Shown here in pieces: positions 11,513 to 28,763 of a stretch of DNA of 64,000 nucleotides (the stretch's first letter is position 1; each line of letters opens with the position of its first letter). The stretch lies in NCBI RefSeq assembly GCF_009914755.1, contig NC_060929.1, one strand, 5' to 3'. The position numbers were made by a program, and so were the translations under genes. This DNA comes from the human T2T-CHM13v2.0 reference genome, Homo sapiens. The notes under the pieces were generated by a model, which did not search any database, was not told the DNA's origin, and saw only the letters and a list, made by a program, of their open reading frames with translations.

Positions 11513-14177
11513 GTCTGTAATTGTCTTCATGTATAACTGGAACTGTTTTTCAAGGACTTAATCTGCTGAGGCCTGGGCTCTAGAAAACTGTTTTCTGAGT
11601 CTTATGTTATTTTGTCATTTCTTTATGTTCTTCCATATCACTTTGCCTATCATTTTAGGTTTCCTTACAATAGTGGCAGGGGTTCCATTTGAGCTCCTTT
11701 AGCTTGTACTGTTTTGTCCTCAAATTTTTATTTTTAACCTTTTCTATTTATCAATCACTTTTACTGATTTATATTTAGGTTTTATACTCTGTGACTATTT
11801 CAAACAGGAATATAGAGTTTTTACTATTTAGGTGTTAAGTCCCTACACATTGAAAAATAGTTTTATGTCCCTCCCCATATAAAAACCAACACAATATGTT
11901 CATCCAGTAAAATGATCACTGTTTATTCCTTAGTAACACTAAAATCATAAAGTTTCTCAACCCTTTGTCTTCAGTAGTGTAGGTAATTTCAGCTGGATTT
12001 CACTGATGACGTGCAACATTACACTGATAGTTCATTTTAATAAGAAAGATATGGGTGACACATTGAGTCCAGCAATATGAATGAAGAGAAAGTGGTGTGT
12101 TTAGACACAGCAGGAAAATATCACTTTACACACAGACATTTATTTAGCCTTTATTTCATACATCTTAACAATTGTATCTTGTCACTTCTGACAGCTGTTT
12201 CTTATAAGCAAAGCTTGTCTTGAAAACTAATCCTGAGTCCTAATAGCTCTGAGACTTTGTATAATACATTATAAGAGATAAGAAAATAAGCATGGAGAGT
12301 AAAACTGAAGTTAGAGAGGAGAAAGTCTCAGTAGGATGAAGCTGGGTTACACTTAAGAAAAACAACAAAAATATCAAGAGGGATCACTTTTATTTGAGTC
12401 TTCAGGTGTTTTTAGGTTTTGCTGTAAAGCAGAAGGTGTAACAAAGAGCTCTTGTTTTCTCTATCTCCTTTTTTTTCTTACTGGTAGAATATAAATTGAT
12501 TCTGGTGGTTTATCATTTTATAGTTCTTGGACTGAAGAACTTTTTTTACATATTTATGTACTATTGGTCAATAAATTTCTTTTTTTCCTATAAAATTATC
12601 TTGAACATTATGATAAAATCTATTTCCAGAACTTTCTTTTAAGGAGCTATGAATTGATCATATTAACAGAATAAATATGCAGGTTCATATATAAAGGAAA
12701 TGTTAAAACAATAGTGCAATTTGTTAATTTATTAACTCTATAAAAATCTTTGAGATAATAAAAGGAATTATTTTTTTCTGTCCATTTATAGCATCGGCAG
12801 TCAGTAAATTATTTTTGCTCTCTTTTTCTAGGTAGACAATGAAAGTCCAGTTCATTTTAGAGTTAGCTCTGCCAATGAAATAGAATACAAAAGAGAAAGA
12901 AGCAATTAATTTACTGTTTAAACTTACACCTGCAAAGTATGATTATTGTGCTATTGTTCTAAGCGATCTATGTTCTGTTTTAAGTGAAGGGTTAGACATT
13001 CCATATAAGCTATAAAATAGTTAAAATATTTAGGCGAGCATAAATTACTTGAAGTCGTAGTTTATTGTTTTTCTCTCTTGATTTCTACAACTTGGGAATT
13101 GTACAAAGATGAGGATATGAAACCATGATAAATATTTTCAATTTATTCAGACAATCTCATGAATGTTCTGATGCATAATCAAAAGTTTCCAAAGGCTTAT
13201 ATTTCCAACATTACCTTAATTATTGTTTCCTTATGGGTAGTTTAAGGCTCCTCTTCCTCCAAAAATAGTCATTGTATAACTCGATAGCTTTGTTGGGTTA
13301 TCACCTCATTTCTACACAATTCATTTTTATCGCAAAGCTGCCACTCTGCTTTCGTATTTAACACAAAAGTGAAAGGCAGTAATGAAAGCTATAAATAGAA
13401 TTTGGTGAACATGTGGAGGTAATCATTCTCTATCGTATCTCACAAGCAAACACAGACATTTTAGTGAACATCATGTAAATTACATTTTAAGAATAGTCTT
13501 AAAGTGCAGATGTTATTAAAACACTACTAAAACACATTAGAGTTAAAGCATTACATGTGAATCTAACAATGAATTCTATAAATTATTATGGTTAATATTG
13601 ATGGAGCAGGATCTTGGAGAGACGCATTTAAAAATCTACAATATACTGTACTTTTACTTTCTACTTAAATATTTCTTTACATTGAAAACTGTGCATCATT
13701 TTTAAAGAAAATAAACCTTCATTAATAAAGTTATGTTTTAATGTTTAACATCTGTACTCATGAACTGAGAATCAATAAAGTGATGAGATACATTATATTT
13801 CTGATTGCTTAAGTCATTGCTTAGCTTAATAACCTGAACCATTTAATTGGTACTGATTATAAGCAAAGAAAAATCAAAATAATAAAATTTTAAAAAGTAC
13901 ATTCATTATTCTACTTCCACTATAGAATCAATAAAATGTTATCTTCAAAATGAAAACTATATTTTAGGTTTTCCTTGTAAAGCCCTCCCATAGATAAAGA
14001 TATTCCTATTTAACTTTCATATTCCAGTTTGCCCCAATAGATTTTCTTACTAAAAATAAGGGCATTTGAAATTGTACAATAATACATGGAAATATATTTT
14101 AAAGTTAAACAATATATAAATACATACAGTAAAAATTATTGTCTTGGTCAGAGATTCTATCAAAATTTTATTCACTC

Positions 14178-14179
<2 letters not shown>

Positions 14180-14224
<45 letters not shown>
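14180..14224. repeat. Perfect (AC)~22 microsatellite
   Basis: Seen directly. Confidence 0.97.
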
Positions 14225-14229
<5 letters not shown>

Positions 14230-14343
14230 GTATCATAGTATACCTATTTTTCTTAGCTTTTTCATTTAGTATGTCCTTTGGACAAAAATGAGGCTTGACT
14301 AAGATAAATATAAAAATATATGAACTCTTGAAAAATTGGTTAC

Positions 14344-14790
14344 TGTCCTGGTTACTGTTGCTGCATAAAAATTCACTCCAAAACTGAGCTGCTTAAAGCT
14401 ATAACACTCATTTTATTATTTCTCACAGTTTCTGTGGGTCAGGGATTTGGAAATGTCCTGCAGAACAGTTCTGGCTTCATGTCTCTCTTGAAATTGCAGT
14501 CAGATGGCTGATGGGGTTGGAACAGTAGGTTGCTGGAGAAGCTAGGGGCTTGCTGGACATCTTTTTTATGTAGTTTAAACATTTGTCCATGTGATCTCTC
14601 CAGGTGGACTAATCTGGGCTTTCTCTTAGAATGGTGGCTCGAAGGCAGTCAGACTGCTTCCACAGCAGCTTAGGGCTCCAGTGCTAAATTTCCCAAGAGC
14701 AAGATTGAAACACCTTTTAAGATCTAGCTTTTAAAGTCCTATAACATCATTTCTATCCTACTCTTTTGGGTGAAAGAATCACAAATTTAT
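14344..14790 (-). mobile_element. MLT1 (MLT1G/H-like) MaLR LTR
   Basis: 'ttactgttgctgcataaaa..ccaaaactgagctgcttaaa..tctcacagtttctgtgggtcagggatttgg' is a typical antisense MLT1 3' end. Confidence 0.75.
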
Positions 14791-14822
14791 TAATATTTTC
14801 TGAAAGTAGGGTGATCTGAAAA

Positions 14823-14918
14823 TAGGGTGAAAATCTATCAAGATTTGCCTGAGACTGTCCAAATGCTAGCACCAAAAGTCCCACATCCTGGGAACCCCTG
14901 GAACAGTTGATCACCCTA
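14823..14918 (-). mobile_element. MER81 (hAT-Blackjack) MITE
   Basis: TIRs tagggtga...tcacccta; internal 'tagcaccaaaagtcccacatcctgggaacccct'. Confidence 0.75.
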
Positions 14919-17798
14919 CTTTCAGTTAACAAAAGTAATTAAGTTTAAAACATTGCTTTAGTAAAGTTCATCAATCTTTTATTTAATGGCTGTTGATTAT
15001 AGGGTTCTGTATGGTAAGCCTCTGCCTTTACTAAACCATGAAATCCACAGTGTTGTATTCTAGAAGACTGTTTTGCTTTTCGCATTTGTCTTTTAATCTA
15101 TCTTTAATTAATATTTGTGTTAATAATACAAAGCAGAACTTGAAGTTTATTTCCTTCCGCTAATTTATTAAAAAGATCATCTTTGCCAACAAATTTCACT
15201 GAAGTATTTGCATGGAATTAGATATATATTACATTGACAAAATTTTTCAGCCCCTGGGGTCAAAATCACACTTTCAAAATTACTGTGAATGTCTTGAACT
15301 ATGATAGTGAAAGCCCTTTACCTTTGTGTTCTTTTTTTGATATTGCTTTAGATATTCAAGATGCTTTGCATTTCTATGTAGATTTTATAATTTGCTTGTC
15401 AATATAAATAAAAAGGCTTCTAGTATTGTGTTGAATCTATATATCAATTTGGAGAGAACTGACCTCATGAAATACCCAGTTTTCCAATCCACTAATATTG
15501 ATTCGCTGCCCATTGATTTTTGTCTTAAATTTCTCTCAGTAATTCTCAGTAGTTTCCAGTTTCAAGGTATTGCTTACTTTTGTTATATAATTTCCAGATA
15601 TTTTATGTTTGTGAATAAGTGTAACTAACATTTTTATTTCCTTTTTCTTGCTTATTGTTAAGATATATAATACTTTATATTCTGAATATATATTACAGAT
15701 TTTTTGTAAGTTAACCTTATGTCTGGCAAACTTCCTAAATTTACTTCTTGTCAGTAATTTATTTACATTTAGATATAATCTTATTCTTCATGTACAATTT
15801 ATGTCATCTAATATAAAATCATTTTTGCAATTATAATTAGTCTATTTTCATTTTATTTCAATGGCTTGAACATTCAGTAAAATTTGAATAGTAGTGTTGG
15901 TAGTGGATTTAATTTTAACCTTAATGAGAAAGGAGTCAACATTTTATCTTTCAACAATTATATTAGACACAGGTATTTTTGGCAGATTATATTAGTCACA
16001 TTAAAAAACTCTCATTCTGTTACTAGTTTCACGAGAATATCTTTTTAATCATTAAATAGTGTTAAATGTTAACGAGTTATTTTTCTGCATTTTTTGGTGT
16101 TATATTTATTTCTGTCGCTCTGATGAATTAAATGGACTGATTGGCCACTTCATTACTTCATTATCAGGCATTAACGATTTGATATATCACTGAATTAAAT
16201 TTGCTAACTTTATTTTTTTTTTTTTTTTACAATATTTGTGTCAATGTTCATGGAAATATCTGGTCTCCAATTTTCTTTTCTTCTAAGGTCCTTGTCATAT
16301 TTTGATATCAGCACTATATTGGTTATATAAAATAAGATATAAAATGTTGCTTGTCATTTTATTTTATGAACAACTTCTTGGAACACTTGTTATAATTGAT
16401 TATCTCAATATTTTAAAGAATGCATCAGTGATTAATTAATCATTATATAATTTCCAGATATTTTATATGTTTTTGAGTAACTATCATTGTATTTCATTTT
16501 TTCTTGCTTATTGTTAAGGTAGGTAATGCTCTATATACTTAATATATATAACAGATTTTTGTATGTTAAACTTATGTCTGGCAAACCATATGACCCAGTT
16601 CTTTTTTTTTTTTTTGAAAGAATTGTATATATTGATACGTTTTCTCTTATAGATACAGGATTATTCAGATTTTATATTTATTTTTGTGTCAGTATTGGTA
16701 AATTATAAGAAATTTGTCTGTTTTGTTAAAATTTTATTGCCATAAAATCATACATAATATCGTGTTATTACATTTTTAGTATTTATAGTAAAAATAATGA
16801 CATTCTTTTTTTTATTCTTGACACTGGTAGTCTATAAATTTTCATTTACTCTTGATCTCTTATGCTAGGTGTTTACCTCCTTTATTAATCGTTTGGAAGA
16901 GTCACCATTTGGCTTTATTAATTTTTCTTTTGTATCACTATTTTTTTCTTTGATATTTGCTCGTTTTAACATATTATTCTTTATTAGTTTTTAGTTTGGC
17001 TTTAATTTGTTGTTCTTTTTCTAGCTTAGATAATTTATTTTTAAATTTCCTTCTTTTATACTACATGATTTTTGAAGCTATAAATTCCCATATGAAGACT
17101 GTAGTATGTAGGTTACACAAATTTTGGTATGTCATATTTACATTATCATTCAGCTTAGGACATTTAAAATGTTCTATTGTGTTTTCTTTCCTTTGTCCAG
17201 GGAGGTGGTGTTAATTAGTAGTAGTTTCCTTAATTTCCAAACATCTGCAAGGAGACACAGTTGTCATCATTCTACTAATGTGTTTTAATTTAATTTTGCT
17301 GTGGCTAGAGAATATAAATTGTACAATTTCAATACTTTTTAAATGCTGAGGTGTTCTTTACGTCTCTAGTTAGAAAATACTTTGGAAAATATTCTATATG
17401 TACTTCGAAAGTTTTTTCTACAAATATAGGTGTAATGTTCTGTAAATATCAATCAAAGTAAATTAGCAAATTATATTGTTCAAATCTTCCCATTTTTTTC
17501 ATGTTTTATCTGACACTGAGATAGACCTTCGTTAAAATCTCCAGAGAGGCGATTTCTCTCTCTCTCTCTCAGTCTCTTTGTCTCCTCTCTTACTCTTTCT
17601 CTCTTTTTAGTTCCGTTTAATTTTCTTTCTACTACTCTATATGTTTTGGTGCTTACCAAAATGGGATTTCCATGTATTAATATTGCCTTGAGACATTTAT
17701 TACTAGAAAATATTTTTCTTAGATTCCATAATTCTAATGTCTTAAAATATTTATTTGATATTAATATAAGCTACAGCCAGTTTCGTTTTCAGTGTTGA

Positions 17799-18130
<332 letters not shown>

Positions 18131-18295
18131 TAGCCATCTGTTTTTAACTAATTGTGCTCTCATATTTAGTGGCTATATATATATATACATATGGCTTTAT
18201 ACATATATTCTATATGTATAAAGTGGTATAAGTATATATTTATATATTACCTATATCCAAGATGATAATCTTGGTTTTTAATAGTTTTTATACAT

Positions 18296-18503
18296 TTATT
18301 TTATTTATTATTATTATTTTTGAGACAGAGTCTCACTCTGTCGCCCAGGCTGGAGTGCAGTGCAGTGGTGTGATCTCCGCTCACTGCAAGCTCCGCTTCT
18401 CGACTTCAAGCAATTCTCGTGCCTCAGCCTCCCAAGTAACTGGGATTACAGGCGCGCACGCCTGCTAAGAAGAGACAGCGTTTTACCATGTGCCCAGGCT
18501 GGT
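18296..18503 (-). mobile_element. 5'-truncated Alu lacking its central A-rich linker
   Basis: Right arm plus part of the left arm; 'cctgctaagaagagacag' lacks the tttttgtatttt linker. Confidence 0.9.
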
Positions 18504-19610
18504 AAACCATTTAATTTTCATCTTATTACTGGTTGAGTTGGGATTAAGTTCAATAAATTGCTATTTTTTAGAATTTATCCCATTTATTTTCTTTAATCAA
18601 CCCTTTTATTTGTTCAATTTTGGAATAATTTGGCTATTTTTTAGCTTCTCATTGTATGTATTTTTATTACGCTGATAGTTGCTGTTCTACAGACTACAAC
18701 ATTCCTTTTTCATTTACTAAAAATATCTTTAAATCAATATCTTAACCATTTTCCAAATGATGTATAATTACCCTCCACCATTACCCTCTACCATTTGTTC
18801 TATTATTATCTTATGTTTTATTTTATATATTTTAAATTCTACAATAATTTATTATTTTTTGGATCCATCAATATTGATTATATTTATCCATTTATTCACC
18901 ATTTTTCAAACTTTTCAGCTTTTCTTGCAGTTCCGTGTTTTCATCTGGCACGCTTCACCTTTAGCATAAGGAAGTAGTTTCAGTATTTCTTGCAATTCAG
19001 ATCTGCCAGAGTAAAATTCACCTAGCTTTTATTTCTCTCTCTTTCTTTATAAAACCTCTTTGTTTTGCCTTTGCTTTTGGATAATATTTTATTGACGTTT
19101 CTGCTTTCTTTTATAGCTTTTGTTGAAAAGCCAACTTCCAATGTTACTGTTTTTATTTGTTTTAAATAATTTGTCTTTTTATACCTTTAGGTGCTATTAC
19201 GTATTTTCAATTTGAATTTGTTTTAGTAATTTTTTTATAATGCACTTATTTGTATTTCTTTTGTGGTTATTCAATTTCATGTTCACCGAGGTGATCAAAC
19301 TGTGGTTTTATATGTTTCATCAAATTTAGAAAATTCTTAATAATATTTTCTCGATATTTCTTTTAAGTCTCTTTTGTCTTCTTGTTATACCCAAATTACA
19401 CATACATTAAGTGTTTTGAGTGATTACATGTCTATCTACTCTTCTTCCATTATTTTTTCTCAGTTCTTCAGTTTGGATATTTTCTATTGATGTGTGTTTG
19501 AAACCACGAGTCCTGTCTTCCAATGTGTTCAGGCTTCTGTTGAACCCATCTATCAAGTTTTTAACTTCAGATGGTTATGTGTTGCATTTATGGAATGTAC
19601 CTTGGATTTT

Positions 19611-20758
19611 TTCTTTCTTTTTTCCTTTCTTTCTCTCTCTCTGTCTCGTTCTTTCTTTCATCTATATTTTAAGTTCAGGGATACACGTGCAGGTTTGTTA
19701 TATAGGAAAACATGTGTCATGGGGGTTTGTTGTACAGATTAATTTATCACTGAGGTATTAAGCCTAGTACCATCAGTTATTTTTCCTGATTTTCTCTCTC
19801 CTCCAAACCTCCACCCTCCAAAAGGGCCCAGTGTGTGTTGTTTCCCTTTATATATCCATGTGTTCTCATCAATTAGCTCCCACTTATAAGTGAGAACATA
19901 TGGTAATTGGTTTTCTGTTCTTGTGTTAGTTTGCTAAGAATAATGGCCTCTAGCTTCATCCATGTTCCTGCAAAGGACATAATTGCATTATTTTTTTATG
20001 TCTGTGTAGTATTCCATGATGTATATGTACAACATTTTCTTTATCCAGTCTATTATTGATGGGAATTAGGTTGATTCCATATCTTTGCTATTGTGAATAG
20101 TGCTGCAATGAATATACATGTACATGTGTCTTTATACTAAAATGATTTATATTCCTTTGAGAATATACCCAGTAATTGGATTACTCGTTGGAATCATATT
20201 TCTGTTTTTGAGGAATCGCCACACTGTTTTCCACAATGGTTGAACTAATTTGCACTTACACCAATAGTGTGTAAGCATTCCTTTTTCGCTGAAACCACAC
20301 CAGCATCTCTTATTTTTTGTCTTTTTAGTAATAGCCATTCTAACTGATGTGAGGTGATATCTCATTGTTTTGATTTTTGTTTCTCTAATGATCAGTGATG
20401 TTGAACTTTTTTTCATGATTGTTGGGGGCATGTATGTCTTCTTTTGAAATGTGTCTGTTCATTTCCTTTGTTCACTTTTTAATGGGGTTGTTTGTTTTTA
20501 TCTTATGAATTTGTTTAAGATATTTATAGATAGTTAAGATATTTAAGATATTTATAGATGCTGAATATTAGACCATAGTTTGCAAAAATTTCTCCCGTTC
20601 TCTAACTTATCTGTTCACTGTCTTGATAGTTTCTTTTGCTAAGCAGAAACTCTTTAGTTTATAGATGCCATTTGTCAACTTTTTGCTTTTGTTGCAATTG
20701 CTTTTGACAAATTCATCATGAAATATTTGCCCTTTCCAATGTCCTGAATGGTATGCTT
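19611..20758 (-). mobile_element. L1PA13-like LINE-1, 3' (non-inverted) segment
   Basis: 3' end 'tttaagttcagggatacacgtgcaggtttgtta..gtgtcatgggggtttgttgtacagatt' matches L1PA13/14; CT-rich tail at 19611-19660. Confidence 0.88.
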
Positions 20759-23128
<2,370 letters not shown>

Positions 23129-25904
23129 CTTATTTTTATCAATTTCAAATATATTATGAAATTATTTCTCTTTCCATCCATTACTTTATCTTTTACTGCA
23201 TTTTCTTTAATATATTAACCAATAACCATTTAATATGTTAAGCATTCTATTCAGAAAACTTTGCCTGCTAAATCCAATACATAGATCACTGGATCTGGGG
23301 CTATTAACCAACACACGTAACTAGCAATTTTTTATTCAATTTATATATAATATAATCTGGAATTGTTATTTTTTTCTAAATAATATTAAATTTTCTTCTG
23401 ACATACTTTTAAAATTCTTCATAGATTAACTTGATCCTAAAAAAAGCTTTGTTTAGTATTTGTCAGAATAGGCCTGTTTCAGGTTTTTCTTTATTTCAGA
23501 GTTGAAAATATTATTCCTTGAGTGTGCTTTTTATTCATTGTTTATATTCTTTTTGGAGTTTCAACAAGCTGTCCAGAATGATCACAAAGGTCACTCCATT
23601 CTCCTGGGCTTGAATTCCAAACTCCCCATCTCTCAGCTTTACATTGTCTCTAAAATATTTCCACATTTTCCTGGTGTGCTCTGCAAGTGGCTGTACTCTA
23701 AGCATGTGTAGATATTTGGAACTTTTTCTCCAAAGCCTATCTTCTCCAGGATTCTATCCCCTCATATGCCACCTACATAAACAATGTTCAATGTCTCCTC
23801 TGCCCATTGAGGACACATGAAATCTCCTCTCTCTTCTTGGTCTCTCTTTCCCCATACTATGATTTGGACAGTTCTTTCAAGACTAAAACTGGTGTGAAAG
23901 TTTGTTTCATCTTCTATGTTTATGTTCTCTCAGTAATCAACCTTAAGTTCATTATTGTCTAATGTCAAAACAGAGTTCCTTTATATATTTTAGAGAGTTT
24001 TTTTAGAAATAGTTTATGATGATGATGACGATTAGTTGATTCTGTTTACAGCGGGAGAATAAACCTGATACCAGCTTGTTGATCATGACTGGAACTACAA
24101 GTTTTATTGTTGAAAGTTAAGAAGTATATTTTTTCTTCATTCATGTGGAAATGAAAGATTAGCATATTGTACCAGATCACAATCAGACATGAAAAGTTCT
24201 TTTCTGTGTACTGAAGTTATCTTTTGGGTCAGCTGCTTTATTCCCTGTCCAGCAGCAATAGGATCAGTTCACCTTTTCACAGAGCTAGACATAGTCCTGA
24301 CAGTTTAAACTTTAATTCTCCCTTAGGCAATAAAAGAAATGCCAAAAGATTTTCACTGGCTCTGCACCTCCATGATCTCTTGGAAGCAAAATACATCAGA
24401 TACACTTGAATCAGCCTCCAATGACCCACCATAATCCCCTCTTCATACCTTATTAGAATAATCTGCTTTATTCATTCATTTGCTGCTTTAGGTGTGTTTC
24501 CCATTTTAGCTTTACATAATTATGATGCAAAATGCTGCAAGTATGAATACAACAACTGTGTATTTTAGACTAGATGATAGAATAAATCAAACATTCTGTT
24601 CAGTTCCTGTATTTTACAACATTGGAACACGGTCAGTTATTCTACCAAGATACAGGAACCAACAGTAGGGATTGTCTCTGTCATTTCGAATATATAAGCG
24701 TCCTATTTTATAGCTCCTGTTCATCTCACATGGAGCTGTGCTTTCGTTTGTTTGTTTTTAGTTTTTATACCTGATAATTAAGTGTCTACTGTGAAAATTC
24801 TAAGGGACTTGGGGCATGAAATCTCTGATTCTTATGAATCTTAAATTAGAGCATTGAGAATCTCTGAAAGGCGTAGAAGTCATGGAAATTAGAACTGAAA
24901 CACTGAATACTTAAAAGAAACTATGCCAATAATAGATAAAATAAACATGGACCATTGTTTTCCAATTCCACTTCTTTAGTGTTCCATGAAATAGTTTTGT
25001 AAACTTATGTTTAGGTTAGCAAGCCAACACTGCAGCTGTTACTTTTAGACATGAAAGGATTTGTCTTCTGGTTCATTCAGTTATTAGTAATTACATAACT
25101 CAGTTTAAAAAATACATTTCTTTTTCTTCTCTATGCTTGAAATTTTCAGGCATTAATGAAATTTTATACTTGATTTGCAAGAGGGAAGTATGCATAATGT
25201 AATACTACTTATTCTAAAATTAAGTACTTTTCCAAAGAATAATTATAAATGTTAAAAAGAGACAATAGCATATGTACAATACTTTAATGACATCAATAAC
25301 CAAGTACTCCTAGAGACATCTACATTATTTTAAGCCTCTTTGCCATGTCTGGAAATAATGCAAATTCAATAAAGAATCACTAAAATACTACAATAGAGAA
25401 ATCTTACCCTAAATCATAAATTTTGGTGACTATGACTGAATTCTCTGAGTGCTGGTTTATAAGGAGAATACTACTTAAAGGTATACCACTTTTTATAAAG
25501 TAGACTCCAATTCAGGACATCTTATTTTTAAAGGGAGTAGGCAGACCTAAGACAAACAGATATTGTTCCAAGTTTCATATGACTATTTTACAAAAAATAG
25601 CTAATTTCCCTATTACATGTACAAACTCAATAGTTATTTTTGGGCCCTAGAACTGCCTGGCTATTCAAAAAGTGTTATTTTGTTTTGTTTTTCCAGGCAC
25701 ACACGCACACACAATACACAGAAAACAACACTGTACAGATGAGAACATGTCAAGAGAGAATAAGAGACTTTTACATTGAGTGTACAAAAGGAGTGAGGTG
25801 GTACCGAACCCATTTACTCTGATTTAAGCTTTAGTGCTCTTCTGGTCACACTGCAGTAGTGAATCCCTATGAAGACAGTTGATTAAATCATCCGAGAAAG
25901 AGGT

Positions 25905-27450
25905 TACTCATTGTTCAACTAATATCTGTTAAGTGATTACTATGACACAGACACTACCAGATGTCAGATTACAACAGTTAGTGAAGCAAACAAATATTCC
26001 TGCCTTTCTGAAGCTTATATTCCACAGTGGAAAGGAAAGAATGAACAGAAAGAGGTGAGGGTATGAGCTATGTATAGCTTGGTGAGACCATGAAGTGAAA
26101 ATATGCCTGGCATGTGTGAGAAAAATCAAAGATGCCAAAGTGATTGTGAGTAATGAGAAAGGAAGAGAGCAATAAAGACGGGTGTAGTAAAAATTCTTGC
26201 ATAGCTTTGTAGACCATCAATAGGATTTTGGCTTTAACATGAGTAAGATAGTCATTAAAGTTCTATGATCAGAGTATTATGATCTGACATAGTTTATTAG
26301 GTGAATTTTGGTCACCTTCTTAAAACTAGTACAAAATATGTAAGTTCAGAAGCAGAAAAATATAACTAAAAAGTTATTGAAATAAAAGACAAAAGTGATG
26401 TGAGCCAGACTGGTAGCTGTGGAAGTAGTAGTGAGTTATCAGATTCCCTATTATATGGGTAGAAATAATATTTGCCAAAAAGTTGTATGCTGAGTTTGAG
26501 AGAAAGAGAGAAGTCAGGGATGACTCCAAGTTCTTTTTTCCTGAACTTCTATAAGGATAGATTTGCCATGTGACTGAGATGAAGACAACTGTAGAAAGAG
26601 CATATTTTTTAGAGGAAGACCACAAGCTCATGACTTTTAAACTTTGTGATGCCTAGCAGACATCCAAGTGTACATCGTAACTAAAGAGATGAATTCAAGG
26701 GTCTAGAGCCCAGGAAAAGATTCAGATGGGAATAATACATCTGGGAGTCCTCAGCATATAAATGTATCTACATCTGTGAGATTGGATGAGATTACTAAGG
26801 GAGTAAACAGAAAAAAAAAAAGAGATCCAAAGATAGATGTTGAGGATGTGAGGAAGAACCTCAAAGGGTGATTGAGAAGTATCCAGAAACATAGGAATAA
26901 AGCCAGATACCATTTCTTGTTCTGGGTGTCAAGTGAAGAAAGTGCTTTGAGGAAAAGACATGGCCAATGCTATCAAATGCTTCAGATAGTAGGCAGAATT
27001 TAACATTGTATTTATCAATGTTGAAAGTCAGTTGGTGACCTTGGCCAGATAGTTTTCACAGAGTAGAGTAAAAGACAGTATAAAATGTCTGGTGGTCCCT
27101 ACTTCAAGAAAGTGTAGAAGAGAAAGAATTTTTGGTAGCAAGTTTAGTAAACTTTTTCAAAGAGTGTAACTTTAAATAGATGGACAGAATATAGACATGG
27201 GTAGCGTGTAGAAGCAGTTATGTTCTGGGGGCTTGTGGAATTTTCTTCTGGTTTTATCTGTTTTCTCAGGGAATTATTCAGCAAGGCTGTAAAGTGACTG
27301 TGAGGATGAAGGGAAGGTATTGGAGAGTTGAACTGAAAAGAGAAAAAGAAGAATATGGTCTTGTGAATGGATTATAAAAATGGTAGTATAAGACTCTGGG
27401 TTACTAGGATCTTTGGTTTGGATCAGGGATTTCAACCGAAACCAGTCAGC
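25905..27450 (-). mobile_element. L2a LINE 3' region
   Basis: 'tcattgttcaactaatatctgttaagtgattactatg..cctgcctttctgaagcttatattc', 'gagaaagagagaagtcagggatgactccaag', 'catctgggagtcctcagcatataaatg'. Confidence 0.8.
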
Positions 27451-27489
27451 ATCATTAAGGTAAGATGTAGTTCACCTTCTACGGACAGT

Positions 27490-28065
27490 GGTTCAAATCT
27501 CAGTTTCATTCTCGAAGTCATTTCTCTGCCGGTTTGAGTCTTTCTCGTGCATGTGTCAGGTGTTAGTCTGAGATTTGTGGGAGCGGTTCAAACAAGAATT
27601 CAGAACTCTTAGCATTAGCTACCTTGTTTTGAGTCTTTCCTGGACATGTATGATTAATGCCTGATGGTTAATACACAAAATAGAGGATACTCCTGAAAGT
27701 CATTTACCCTCTGGGACTATGTACATTCTATGGCCCATAAACTTCTGATTACTTCTATGTCTAGACAAATGGGGTCTCTCTCAAAGTTTTATCTCCGTAG
27801 CCTCTGTTTCCATGTATTCCCTGATTAGAATCATACTCATGGCAAAGCCACAAGAGGAAAAAATAAATAAAGCAGAAAACGCCCCCTGTTCTTCACTTCT
27901 CCTATATTTCACTCTCCTCCATAGGTTGCTTGTTGTTGTTTACTTCCAGGGACCTACATTCATAATTTTATTTTTGATTGTATTTTATCCAAAGTTTTAC
28001 TTTTAATCAGAATATGTTGGGACTTTAGTCGGCTTATACTGCCAGACTGAACCCAGAATCTCCGA
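27490..28065 (-). mobile_element. Ancient L1M (L1ME-type) 5'-end fragment
   Basis: 'ttgtattttatccaaagttttact..ggcttatactgccagactgaacccagaatctcc' resembles L1ME 5' termini. Confidence 0.45.
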
Positions 28066-28178
28066 CCTTTAACTTTTGAATAGAAGTAATATAAAACTTT
28101 GTAAACTTTTTCTTAGCCAGGTTTTTATTATGTAAATTGGCTTAAGGAAAAAAAATTACACAGCAAAAAAGAGAATTA

Positions 28179-28763
<585 letters not shown>

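Noticed and set aside
12812-12840. Polypyrimidine tract plus ctag|gtagac as a recursive splice site
   Set aside because: The regenerated donor is weak, and such motifs are common in T-rich DNA.
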